From contig NC_087462.1 of NCBI RefSeq assembly GCF_036321535.1, positions 10,974,001-11,038,000 of the forward strand: 64,000 bases of DNA, written 5' to 3'. This document shows, in pieces, positions 35,301-46,598 of this stretch (within the stretch, counting starts at the first letter, position 1; the number at the start of each line of letters is the position of its first letter). Position numbers and translations under genes: made by a program. Origin of the DNA: Camelus dromedarius (taxonomy: Eukaryota). The notes beneath the pieces are model-generated. The model saw nothing but the letters and a program-made list of their open reading frames with translations, was not told the origin of the DNA and searched no databases.

Positions 35301-38300
35301 GCCTCCCTCCCCTGCAGTGGTTTTGCCCATCCTCTGGCTTCCTGAGGCAGGATGGGAGCACCCCCTGGGGGAGAGATGTGGGCTGGGGGGTGGGGGTCCT
35401 GAGGGTGAGGTGCCAGGGTGATGATCTCAGGGACCCCCATATATGGACCGTGCATGGGGACCACAGGCTACGTTGGTACAGGTGGCAGGGGATCATGGGG
35501 ATCTGTGGGGTATTTCTGGAGACCGTGGGGGTCTGCGGGTGGGGTGTGTTACCCTCATGTGGCTCTGAATCCTAAAAACCCAGAATGTTCCAGCTGGAGA
35601 AGGTCCTTGGGGGGTCCCTTTGTGCATAGGTCTCTCTGGCATCCATGGGGAAACTGAGGCCCAGTGGGGGACCTTCAGACCTTCCTCCACAGACCCCTCC
35701 TTGGAGGGACCTGCCATGTGTGGCCATGTGCTGAGAGGTACGTGGGCCTGGCTGTGACTGTGGGTCTGGCTAGACCAGTATTCATATACTGGCTCCACTC
35801 TACACTCAGTGCCTGACACATTCCGAGTCTCAGTCTCCCTACTTGTACCATGGCCCCCTGGGGCTCCTCAGGCATCCATTCACCCGCCCCTCCTCTTTAG
35901 GGAGGCTTCATCTACTGGCAAATTTCCAGCTCACCTTCTGCCCCTTTCCAGACACCTGAAACACCCCCCAGACAGACCTGCCGCTTTCCCATCGCCAGGC
36001 CTTTGCCTGTGCTGCGCCCTCTCCCTGAAACACCCTTCTCAGACTCACCCAGGTCTGAGAAGCTGCTACACATCCTTCGAGGCTGGGCAAAAATCTCTCT
36101 CCCCAGAGGTGCGTATTTCCCCAGATCAGACTTCTCTCTCCCTGTGGCACTTAGTTCTACCAGATATTTTCTGTGCTTCTATGCTACTTTCTTTGATGAT
36201 CATGTCGCCCTACTAGGATGTCGGCTCTATGAGGCCAGGGATGGAGGCTTCCCTACACCCGGCACACAGTAGGCTGGCAACCACCTTTCCTTGAATGAAT
36301 GAGCAAACAACTGCTTAACAAACGGAAGAAACATTGGCAACTGGTTTAGTTTTCCTTTTAACACTTCATGGCTCACAAAACAAATATGAGGCCCTGTCTG
36401 GTCACCAGTTTGAGACCCCTGCTCTCAACAGTCAAAAGCACACCAGCCAACTGGATGGTGCTCACACTTCTCTCAGGCCAAGGGGCTGACCCTGTGAAGG
36501 TTCCAGCGCCCATCTCAGAAGGAAACTGTCATAAGGACATGCAGTACCCGGCTGCCCTCCCTGTCCACTGCCAACAGAGGCTCACCGCCCCATCCCACCT
36601 CCCATACGGCCTGGGACCCCTACCCCTGGGGCTGGGGGAGACTCCCCAATCTGCCATCTCACACAGATCAGAGCCCTGGGCCACCCAAGACCCTCAGTGA
36701 TGTCCCCTAAGCTGCAGTGGCAGCTGCAGGAACAGCCCAAAGTTTATCTCTCTTTGTTCCAGAGAAAGATCTCCCTGTAGGGCCCCAGAAATTCATCCCC
36801 AGAGGTCCAGGCCTCCCTGCTTGGGAAATTAGCACATCTGTCAGCACTGGGCAGAAAGGACTCGGCCCATAGCCCAGCAGACCCAAGACATGGCCAGTGG
36901 GGAACCTAAGATGGGGCCTTTGGGGCATCCCTGGTCCCCACTTTCTTCTCCCAGAAATGTCTGGGAGCTTAGCAAGGTGCCAGGGATACAAGGACAGGGA
37001 GTGGAGAGATCCAGCCTGGACTTCCCCATTGCCCAGTCTGGTTGGGGAGACAGACACATAACTGTGTCAGGGACAGAGGCCTCTGATGAAGAAATTCAAT
37101 AGGGGGAGGCAGTGGGGAGGGGTGGCAGGGAGGGAGCTGCTTTGGACAAAGAGGCCAGAAGGGGCTTTCTGAAAAGGGAACCTCAAGGATGAAAGGAGAC
37201 CAGCCACAAAGGGATGTGGGTGAGAGATTGCCTGGTGGAAGGTATGGCAGATGCAAAGTCTCTGAGGTGGAAACATGCTCAGTGGGTTCCAGGTATGGGG
37301 GTGGCTGGTATGGCTGGGTATGGATGGGTGAGCAGGGGGCATCTGGAGACAGAAGAGGGCAGGGAGACCACAAGGGGCCTAAGAGATCAGGTAAGAGAGT
37401 GGGCTATAGAGCAGTGGGGAGCCATGGAGGGTGTATGAGCAGGGGAGGGAGGGCTGTGGCATGATTCAGGGTTTTCAGAAGACCCTGTGGCTGCTGTGGG
37501 GAGAAGTCCTATGGGAGCAGGAGGCCAGGACGGCATCCAGCGGGAGATGGCAGAGTCTTTGGTTGTGGAAACTGAATAGAGGCAGACCTGTGCCCACAGC
37601 AGTGACTCGTTATGACAACCTGCTTGGATTGTTCCCTTCCAAGGACTCTACTTCAACCTCCAGTGAACGTGAACCTGGAGGAGATCAGGACAGAGAAGCT
37701 GAAAGGCCTGAGACTGCTTGGCCCCATGGGGAGCGGGCGGTGAGGGTGGGCCTGGATGGGGCTCAGAGGCACGTCCACTCGATCATAGTTCAGATGGCAC
37801 CTCTTGTTGTTGAGTGCCTACTGTCTGCCCGGGCCCACGCTCCACCTCATTTACACACAGGACCAGCCTGACTCAGATAGCCCAGTGAAGCGGAGACAGC
37901 TGACCCGGTTCTACTACACAGGAGGAAGCGGGCTTCTCCCCAGAGCCACTCGGCAGGACCCCAGATCCTCACTCAAGCGTGGGCGTGTACCCCAGGGTTG
38001 TCCGGCTGCACCCCTAACTCACCCTCCCCGCTGCCCAGTCTAGAAAGTAGGCCTGGGCATCAATGGGGTCCAAGACACTCATTCTTGGGTCACCTGGGGG
38101 CAACAGGCCGCCTCACAAGCCCCTAAGATGCAGGCCTAGGGAAGCCCTTGTGGGGGCTGAGAAATGGGACCCAACCTCTGTGTACACCCCATGCGGATTC
38201 ATGGGCCAGGGCTGGGGTGACCTCTCTGACCCCAAATGGGATCCCAGGCATATGATAAATCCTCTCCGACAAATGACATCTGTCTCCATGTGCATATGTG

Positions 38301-39539
38301 CCTCGAATCTTCCGGAAGGTCAGACCCCCAACATGTCTACACTCATTGCATCTAAGTTGAGGTGACAAATTATTTTCATTCCCTTTCTCCTCTAATTTGC
38401 ATTCTCCAGATGTCTTCCTGGTTGGGTAATGATTTAATGAAATAAATCATTAGTTGGAGATGGGAAGTAAGATTGGGCTCTACTTGCTTTCAGGTCACAG
38501 GAGCAGCCAGAGAGCTCAGAAAGGGGCAGGGATCTGTCTGAGGGGAGAGAGGAAGTTGGGGCTCCTCATTCCTGGCTTTTGTTCTCTTAGGAACTGAGGG
38601 GCAGCCGTGTCTCCACCTGGCCTCAGTTTTCCCTCCTGCCAAGTGGCAGCTTCAGACCAGATAACCAGTTTCCAGCTCTTGCAGGTGAGACCCCAGGACC
38701 CTAAATGTCCCCAAATTCCATTCCCTGGAGGCCAAGATTCACTCCTTGACTCAGACAGGTGGTGGAAGGCAGGTATGGGGACAGGAGGGAGCGAGGCTGA
38801 CTTCTCCCAAAGCCCCTTTGACCTTTGGAATCAAACCCCACACATTTGTCCTTTCAAGTCTAAATACCTTTTTGAACCCCATTTTCTTCACCCCAAGAGC
38901 CTGAGAGTTCTCATCCCTGGATGCCAAATCCAGAGGTCCTGACCATCCCCAGTGAGGATTCTCAGCAAAGCCAGGCATGAGGCCTCAGCTATTCCTGACT
39001 TCCTGGGTATGAAGCTTGGGGACAGGGAATAGCCAGGGACCCCAGTTGGTGACATCTGCTGCCCTGGACTCTGAGAGGCAGAGGGTGGAGACCATGACCA
39101 TGAAAGTTAAGCAGCCACCAGCTTGTCATGTGCTGACTCTCAGAGGGCTATGACTATTGTTCCCATACCCATGTCCCAGATGGGGACACTGAGTCATGGG
39201 GAGGGGGTGGCCCAGGCAGCTGTGGTCTCCCACTCAGGGCTCCGTGCCCACTGCCCTGCCCCCAGCTACACAGGTACCCTGAGTGCCCAGCTGAGGCCCC
39301 ACATTTGCTGTATGAAGTGCAGGCCCCATGGGTGGGTGAAGGTCATGGTGGTCACAGGCACATGTGGATGTCATGCCACATGCAGGCCTGGGGCCTTGAC
39401 ACACGAGGGCATACCCACAGCAGGAAGGCATGCGGTTGTGCACAGGGGCCTCTAGGATGTGCAAAGAAGTGTGCCCCAGGAAATGGAGACACTGGAGCTT
39501 ACTGACATGCAGCTCACAGACGCATACCAGGGGCTCATG

Positions 39540-39790
39540 GCAACACAACTTTATACACACAACTCCCGAACTGACATGAAAACCCTCAGACACATTCCCC
39601 TTGGACACACAAGCCCTCAGACATGATACATTCTCCTTCAGACATAACTCCTGGACATGAAACTCCTTGGACACTCATCCTTTGGTACACACAACCTCTC
39701 AGAAACACAACCCTTGGACACACACCCTTTGGACACACACCCTTTGGACACACAACCCCTGGGACACACAGCCTCTCAAATTCCCAATTC
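39540..39790. repeat. Degenerate ~16-nt tandem repeat (cacacaccc(t)ttgga)
   Basis: acaacccttggacacacacccttttggacacacaccctttggacacacaacccctgggacacac. Confidence 0.75.
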
Positions 39791-39915
39791 TAGGACGCAC
39801 ACTACTTAGACAACTCTCCGATGCATAGCAAGACATTCGGACCTTCAAACTCAACCCAGCCCACAGAAGCTATTCAAAGGACACGGCACAGGCCTCGGCC
39901 CGACGCGACACGCAC

Positions 39916-40000
39916 CTGCTCCACCTGGACCCTCGGACGCTCGCGCACCGACCCGGCGGCAGCGGCACAGAGCTCCGAGCACCCCGGCGGCCACAGGTGC
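39916..40000 (-). other. MEF2B: MEF2B non-coding exon 1 (5' end approximate)
   Basis: GC/CpG-rich, no ATG, ends GGAGCAG|gtgcgt at 39916. Can splice to the exon 2 acceptor (tag|ACCAAGG at 27413). Confidence 0.7.
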
Positions 40001-40160
40001 CTTCAGAGTGGGAGGCCCCGCCCCCAGGAGCTGATTGGCCGGGGCGGTGGTTTGCATGGAGGGCGTGTCTACAGGCGGTGATGGGCGGGAACTTGGGCGT
40101 GGCCCGGCATCGCGAGTTCTGGGGCCCGGTACTTAGACGCGGGAAGACGCAGAGGTTAGG
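40000..40160 (-). promoter_or_regulatory. MEF2B: MEF2B CpG-rich promoter
   Basis: GC box (ggccccgccccc, about 40015-40025), CCAAT box (ctgattggc, about 40032-40040), GGGGCGG, octamer-like GTTTGCAT (about 40051-40058), E2F-like GGCGGGAA (about 40084). Confidence 0.7.
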
Positions 40161-43100
40161 GGAGGAGAGTACAGTGAGGGAAGAGGACCCGGGAGAGGGC
40201 TGGATCAGACGTGCCAGGCTTCCTACCCTGTCACTGGTCACTCCTGACCTTACTGCTGACCCTGACCCTAATTCGGACCCTGACTCTAACCACTGCTAGC
40301 TCCTGGACTTACTCCAACCTGACTTACTCCAACCTGAATGAACTATATCTCCGACCCCGGACCCTGAGGCCCCAGGGACCGAGGGCTTCTCGAAGCCATC
40401 CCTAACCCTTGCTCTTTCAAATAGAAGGACTGCAGAAAGGGGCTCTGGGGTCGCTGTGTGGACTATTCCAGCTGTGCCTCCTGCAGCTGGGCCAGAGGGG
40501 GTCAGGGAGGGCTGCCCCCAAACAGGGGGCATTTGTACTGGGCCTTGAAGCATGAGTAGGAGTTTGCTACTGGTTGAAGGGTTTTCTAAGAGGGAACAGG
40601 ACTTGCAAAGATGCAGAGAAAGACTGCAGAATAGTCTTTGGTGGAGGAGGATGAGGGAGATGAAGCCAGAGTAGTGAGTGGAAGCAGACTGAGCTGGGCA
40701 TCCACGGAGAGGCTTGGAGATGAAGCCATGAGGTGGGATGGGGAAGTCCATTTGGGGCAGATGAAAAGGGGAGAGCAGGTGGGTTGCAGTGGCTGCCTGA
40801 TGTCCACCTTCTCAGAAGACAACAGGAGATGGCTGGGCCTCTGGACTTGGTGGGGAGCATGTGGAGATATCAGTTTGTAGGGGACACTGGGGAAGGAAAC
40901 CGAGACCTTAAGAAGATTTTGCCTCTCCCCACACCTCAGTTCCCCCACTGTGACATGGGCACTGTGGACCTCTAGCCTGGGCATGGATTTCTCTTTGGAT
41001 ATAAAAACTAGAGTTTGCACTGTGTCATAAAAAGGTGGGATTAGGGGTCTGTCTTGCCTCCCCCACCCCACCCTTGCTGTCCCTCAGTGCCCAACACCAG
41101 ACACTCAAGTGTCCCAAGGCCACACCAGGGCCCAGGCCAGGTTGGGGGCTTCTGCCTGGGCTCCAAGGCACAGAACAAGGCTTGGGGATATTGAGGTGGC
41201 TGGGGAGGCCCCAGGCCCCTCGAGGGCTGCTCTGTTTACCCAAGGCCGCCCGCCTGCCTCTGATGCAATAGGCAGGCTCTGGTTACGTGAGGGCGGCAGC
41301 TGGAGCAGCTCTGGGAGCAGCCCTGGGAGCGGCCTGAGCTGAGCCGGCTGGGGCTGCCCACTATGGGCCACACCTCTTGCCTCCCATCACTGGGGCTCCT
41401 TCCCGTGTTCTTGCCCCTGCCATGTTGCCTCCTTCCACCACTCATGTTCCCAAACTCCCTTCCCATTTCTATCATTCTATCAATTCCATTTCTATCATTC
41501 ACACTATGATTCCTATAACATCCCCTCCTTTTTGCCTTTGCCCCTCTTCCTGTACTGTATTCTCCATCACTGGCTATGTTACCCCATGTGGACCTCCATC
41601 CCCCACTGGGGCAATCAAGAGGTTCAACCTCAGTCTTCTCAGATGAGGGGATACCCTTAGTTGCTGGAATAAGAGGTTGGAGTGTTGAAAGGGAGATTTA
41701 AGGGGAGAAGGGAATGGAAAAGGCCATAGAGGGAGATCTGGGAAGGGGGCCTGGAAGATAAGGAAGGTAGGGGCAGGTGGAGGCAGGGGTGAGGAGGTGA
41801 GGAGATACAAAAGCTGCTCCCTCCCAAGTCTCCCTCCTCCAAATCCTCTCCAAGAATGTCAGCAGGGGAAGGCTTTGAATGACCCTTCAAGGTAAGGATA
41901 GTGTGGTCCACCAGGTAGGGCTTCAGGGCTCCAGAACCCTGGGTCCCCATCCCAGCTCCGACTCCCACTTGCTGTGCAACCTCTGGCCAGTCACTTCACC
42001 CCTCTGAGCCTGTTTGCTCAGAGGGCAGGATCCTCTGAGAGTGCAGAGCAGGCCTGAAATAAAAACCAGGATTTGGATCTAAGGGGCTAAGAACAAAAAG
42101 CCAAAACTCTTCAATTAAAAAAAAAAAAAACGGCCAAAACTCAAGTCTGATTCCCATTCTGACCACCGTGGACCAACCAGGGGCAAGTCGCAGCCCTCTT
42201 GGGCCTCCTTTTACTCCATCCACAGATGTGAAGGAGCCCAGGTGGGGCATCCAACACGTTACCCAGGGATCCTTTCCAGGCGGCCCCCACCCTCATGGGT
42301 GCTAGACTCCCTGCTTGAGTGCTCTGTGCCACGGGGAGCTACCTGCCTCTCTCCTGGCCATCTACCTATTTCTGGGAGTTTTAGTGAGCAGGATCTGGGA
42401 ATGCCCACTCCCTCCACTCTGGGGAGGTAAGGCTGCCAGCGCATGGGAGCTGGTGCGAGGTCTTGCTGGGTAACCTGGCCTCGCGGAGCCTTGGTTCACT
42501 TTCTGAAGCAAGGACGTATGAGGTGAAAAAGGGCAGAGGGTTACGATCCACCCTCCAGTATCAGCCAAGACTGAGGACAACGACCGCTTGGAGGCAGAGT
42601 GCTGGGCCAAGGCTTTGCCTCTTGCGTCCCCTGGCGGCCAGCAGGGGCAGGACACTCGCCAGGCACGAAGGGCAAGGCGGCATAAATGAAACGCAAATTA
42701 ACCATTACCTCTGTAAGCCCTAGGACTTGGGGTGGTGGAGAATTTGACAACCTAGAGTCCTCCACAGACCTCTTTGAGAGGACATATTAGGCGTGGGCTG
42801 AAGTCGCGTTCAGGGCTGTGCGTGACAGGGAGCCCTAGGAAAGTCTAGGATACCTCATGACTGCCCCCCACTAGGCTCACAGCACCTGACCTGTCCAGGG
42901 CTGCCCCTGGGTAGTTACCTCACTGAGCTGCCCCTATGTCCCTTGGGTCTGTGCCCTGGGGCCATGGTTGGCCTGTCTGGCTCATCAGGACATCCGCTGG
43001 AGAGGCAGGACCCAGCTCAGAGAGGGTGGCCAGTGTTTGCTGGATAAATGGCTGCATGGTAGAAGGACAGATGGACAATGAGAGATGCCTTCGGAGAGGG

Positions 43101-44684
43101 TAAAGAGAGGGAGTGACTCTATGGGGGTCACACACCAGTCAGGGCCTAAAATAGGGTGAACCTGAGGCTCCTCCCTCCTCCTAAATTGAGCTGGGGCAGT
43201 GGGAAGGCAGGATGGTGGCAGGCTCCTAGTACACCTTAGAAGAAAGGGCTGGTCCTGTTGCCTGGTGGTTGGAGGTGGTTATTTCTCAATACCTCCTGTG
43301 TCCCTGAACCCCCTGCCAGGCCCTCAGTCCCTCCACAGCCCTGACACCCCCTAGATACACCTCTTGGTGTCTTTGCCACCCTTCTCTCCAGATCACTTCA
43401 CAGTGCCAAGCTGGGGGAGATCCTCCCAGAGCAGTGGGCCTGGGACCCATCCTGGCTATACCCTCAACGACTCCATTCTGACCTTCCCGATACATTTTGC
43501 AGGGCACTGTATTGGCACACAGCTGGCCCTGGACGTGTACAAACCATGGGCCATGATCTCCCAGGCTTGGAATTCCCAGGGATCAGTGCAGGCTTTTCTG
43601 AACTCAGCAGAAACAGACTCAAAACAATTCTGGCAAAGAAATTTTAGAGACTCGTGAAACTGAAGAATTGGAATTTGCTAGTATCAGGTACAGCTGGATC
43701 CAGGGCCCCATGCAGTGTTCTCAGGCTGCCCCTTCTATCTGCCCAGCTCAACAACCACAGAAGGAAGATGGTACTTTTTGCACTTTTCCAGCAAAATTCC
43801 CAGGGGAAACCTCTCATTGGATCACATGCCCATCTCAAACCAATCACTGTGACCTGGGAGATGGGGGATTCTGATTAGCCAGGCCACCCCTGGAGCTAGG
43901 GTGGCTTCTCCATATGACCTGAGCTTGTGGTGGGCATTTCTGCTTGAGGTAGAATGCAGTCCAGGCAGGCAGGTACACAAATGTCTGCCTCAGCCTGTAA
44001 AGAAGGTCCAGTCCAGGGTTCCTTGTCCAGGTGGAAAAAGGTAGGACCAGAGAGGGTCAGCACAAGGCCCCATATCACACAGCATGTCAGAGGCAGAGCT
44101 GGGGCCAAACTAGGCTGGGGTCTGCTCTCTCTAGTTGTGTGACCTCACACAAATCATGCCATCTCTCAGAGCCTCTCTTTTCCCATCTGTATTTGGGGTG
44201 ACATTTGCCTTACAGGGCTGTCTGAGGATGAAAGATGGCCTTGGTGAAGTCCCCAGCACAGCCCTGGGCACATGGCAGGTGTGTGATCAGGATTGTCATG
44301 GTGGCAGTTATTGGTCCAAGGGGCCATGGCCATGGCCGTGTCCATCAATGGGCAGGCAGGTAAGAATCCAGGGGCAGCAAAGCCTTGTCTCAGGACATTC
44401 ACGGCTGGCCTGGAGGCCCCAGGCAGGAGCAGAAGGAACACGCTGGCCACACTTGCTTGGTCTTCAGTCCCCTCCAAGTCCCACAAGGCTGTGTCCGAAG
44501 GCCCAGCTCTGGAGGAGCTGGGGGGCAGGAGATGGGTCAAGGCAAGGTCTGAGAGACTCCCCAGGGTGGCAGGGTAGCCCTGATGAGGTGGTAGCTGAGG
44601 CAGGGTCCTGGGTGGGGTCAGAGGAAGAGGTGAAGCACTGGGGGTTAGAGGGTCTGGGTGTGAATCCTGGCATTTCTGGTCATG

Positions 44685-44745
44685 GGCAGTGACCCTGCTT
44701 TGCCTTTCTGAGCCTCAGTTTCCTCTTCTGTAAAATGGGGCTGTG
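44685..44745. mobile_element. MIR fragment
   Basis: tctgagcctcagtttcctcttctgtaaaatgggg. Confidence 0.7.
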
Positions 44746-45639
44746 TGTGCAGCCCTGGGCCTGGAGAGGTAGGGGAAACCAGGGAAGGCCAAGACTTGAC
44801 CCTGTGAAGGTCACCTACAACCCCAGGGGCAACAGGTTGGGGGAAAGTCGGGGTGGAGGCTCTGAGAGAGGAGAGTGGGGCCGCAGTTCTGCAGAGCAAC
44901 AGAGCAGGGTCTGTAGGGACAAAGGTGGGATAGGAGCCCCAGAGCATTTTGTTCTGATGGGGCACAGCAGTGGAGGGACAGCAGATGATCCAGCATGTTT
45001 CTAGCTGGCCTGGAGGCTCCAGGCAGGAGCAGGAGGAACACACTGGGTGTGGAAGGTGTGGGAGGGCAGCAGGGCAGCATCCTTGAGGCTCGAGGGTGAG
45101 AGGGACCAGGGCACAAGGTATAGAATAGGGAGATGGTGGGGTCTGGGCCCAGGGCTGGTGGGCAATGGGGTGGGTTTTCTGACCCCCTTGGCAGCCCCTC
45201 TTGCTCCAGGCCCTCCCAGATGTTCCCCAGGCGATCCCACAGCCTGTGGGATTCCTCGCCACCCCTCTTCCCAGAGCTAGGCCCTGCATACAGCAGGGGC
45301 CCAGTAAGACTCTCTGACTGCACACCCATGAATTCTGCTGCCTCTTGGCTCTTGGAACTGCTGTTCTAGGTGCTGTGGGGCCCTGTGCTCACCCATGCTT
45401 CCCCTGACCCTCTGAGAGGGCCTCCACAGCACAGAGAACCATCACAGCAAATGGGCAGGGGGCTCCGAAAGCTACACAAGTCAGGGGCTCAGTAAGTCCC
45501 CTGAGCACCTCCAATCTGCCCATGTTTGCCCGCATGAGCACAGAATAACAAGACACCAGGCTGTTCTTGGCGCCATGCTCTCCTCATATGGTCAACTACA
45601 CCTCCCAGTCCTGAAGCCCTCCTGCAGTCCTCGCCCATC

Positions 45640-46035
45640 TGGTCCTGGTTCTGGCCACGTGACTGGCCGTGACCAATGGGACGTCTGTAACCGTGAAGCA
45701 AGGGGAGGCTGGATGAACATGTGTACAACTGGGTGCCCAACCCCCAGGAGAAGCCTGGGCTGGCCTGCTGGAGAGGCCATGTGGAGAATTAGACCTGTTC
45801 CCTGACCTCTGCAGCAGACCGCACCAGTCAAGGGCCAGATGTGAGGCTACCTCTGCCTATCTGGCCCCATCAAGCTCTGACAAGAGCCACAAGTGGCCCC
45901 CAGTTGAGCCCAACAAAACTGCCTGGCTGAGTCCAGCCCAAATGGCAGAACTGTTAGCAGGCAAGTGATTGGCATCATAAGCCACAAAGTTTTGGGATAG
46001 TTTGTCATGCAACAGTAGCTGACTGCTCTAACACA
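45640..46035 (+). mobile_element. MLT1-type LTR fragment
   Basis: cccagttgagccca...aagccacaaagttttgggatagtttgtcatgcaacagtagctgactg, a typical MLT1 3' end. Confidence 0.6.
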
Positions 46036-46598
46036 CATCACTGTATGCGGCAGCACCCTCTCTGCCACCTAATGAACCACTTTGACAGAAAGGAAAAGCA
46101 GAGACCAGAGTGGGGAGGGACTCGCTCAGGGTCACACGGCAGGTCAGTAGTGGAGCGAGGATTCCAGAGAGGGGTGGATACCTGCTGTGCTGGGCTCTGC
46201 CTGAGACAATGCGTGTGGGTAAAGCAAGCAGCTAGCATGTGGCCAGGCTGGGGAAATGTGGGCTCACCTCCCTGTCCTGGGGACAGGGGTCCTTTGGAAT
46301 GGGACAGGGCCTATGGCCTGGATAAGGGGCAGGAAGATGGCAGAGAGAGCACAAGGGAGATGGGCTGACCAAAGGACTGAGCAGCAGAGGGCACAAGGTC
46401 CCCTTCCCCTCCAGCCTCCCACTAATAAAACCATCTTACAAGCTTAGGGAGAAAGCCCAAGTGGTTAGTCGAGCAGGTCCCTTCTTGGATGTCAAGAGGG
46501 TGGGTTAGTTTAGAGCACGGAGCACAGAAAGGCTTACAGCCCCGCTTGGCACTGACCTGGGTCAGAGGGGCCAAAGCACCTCCAAGTCTCTTCTGGGA

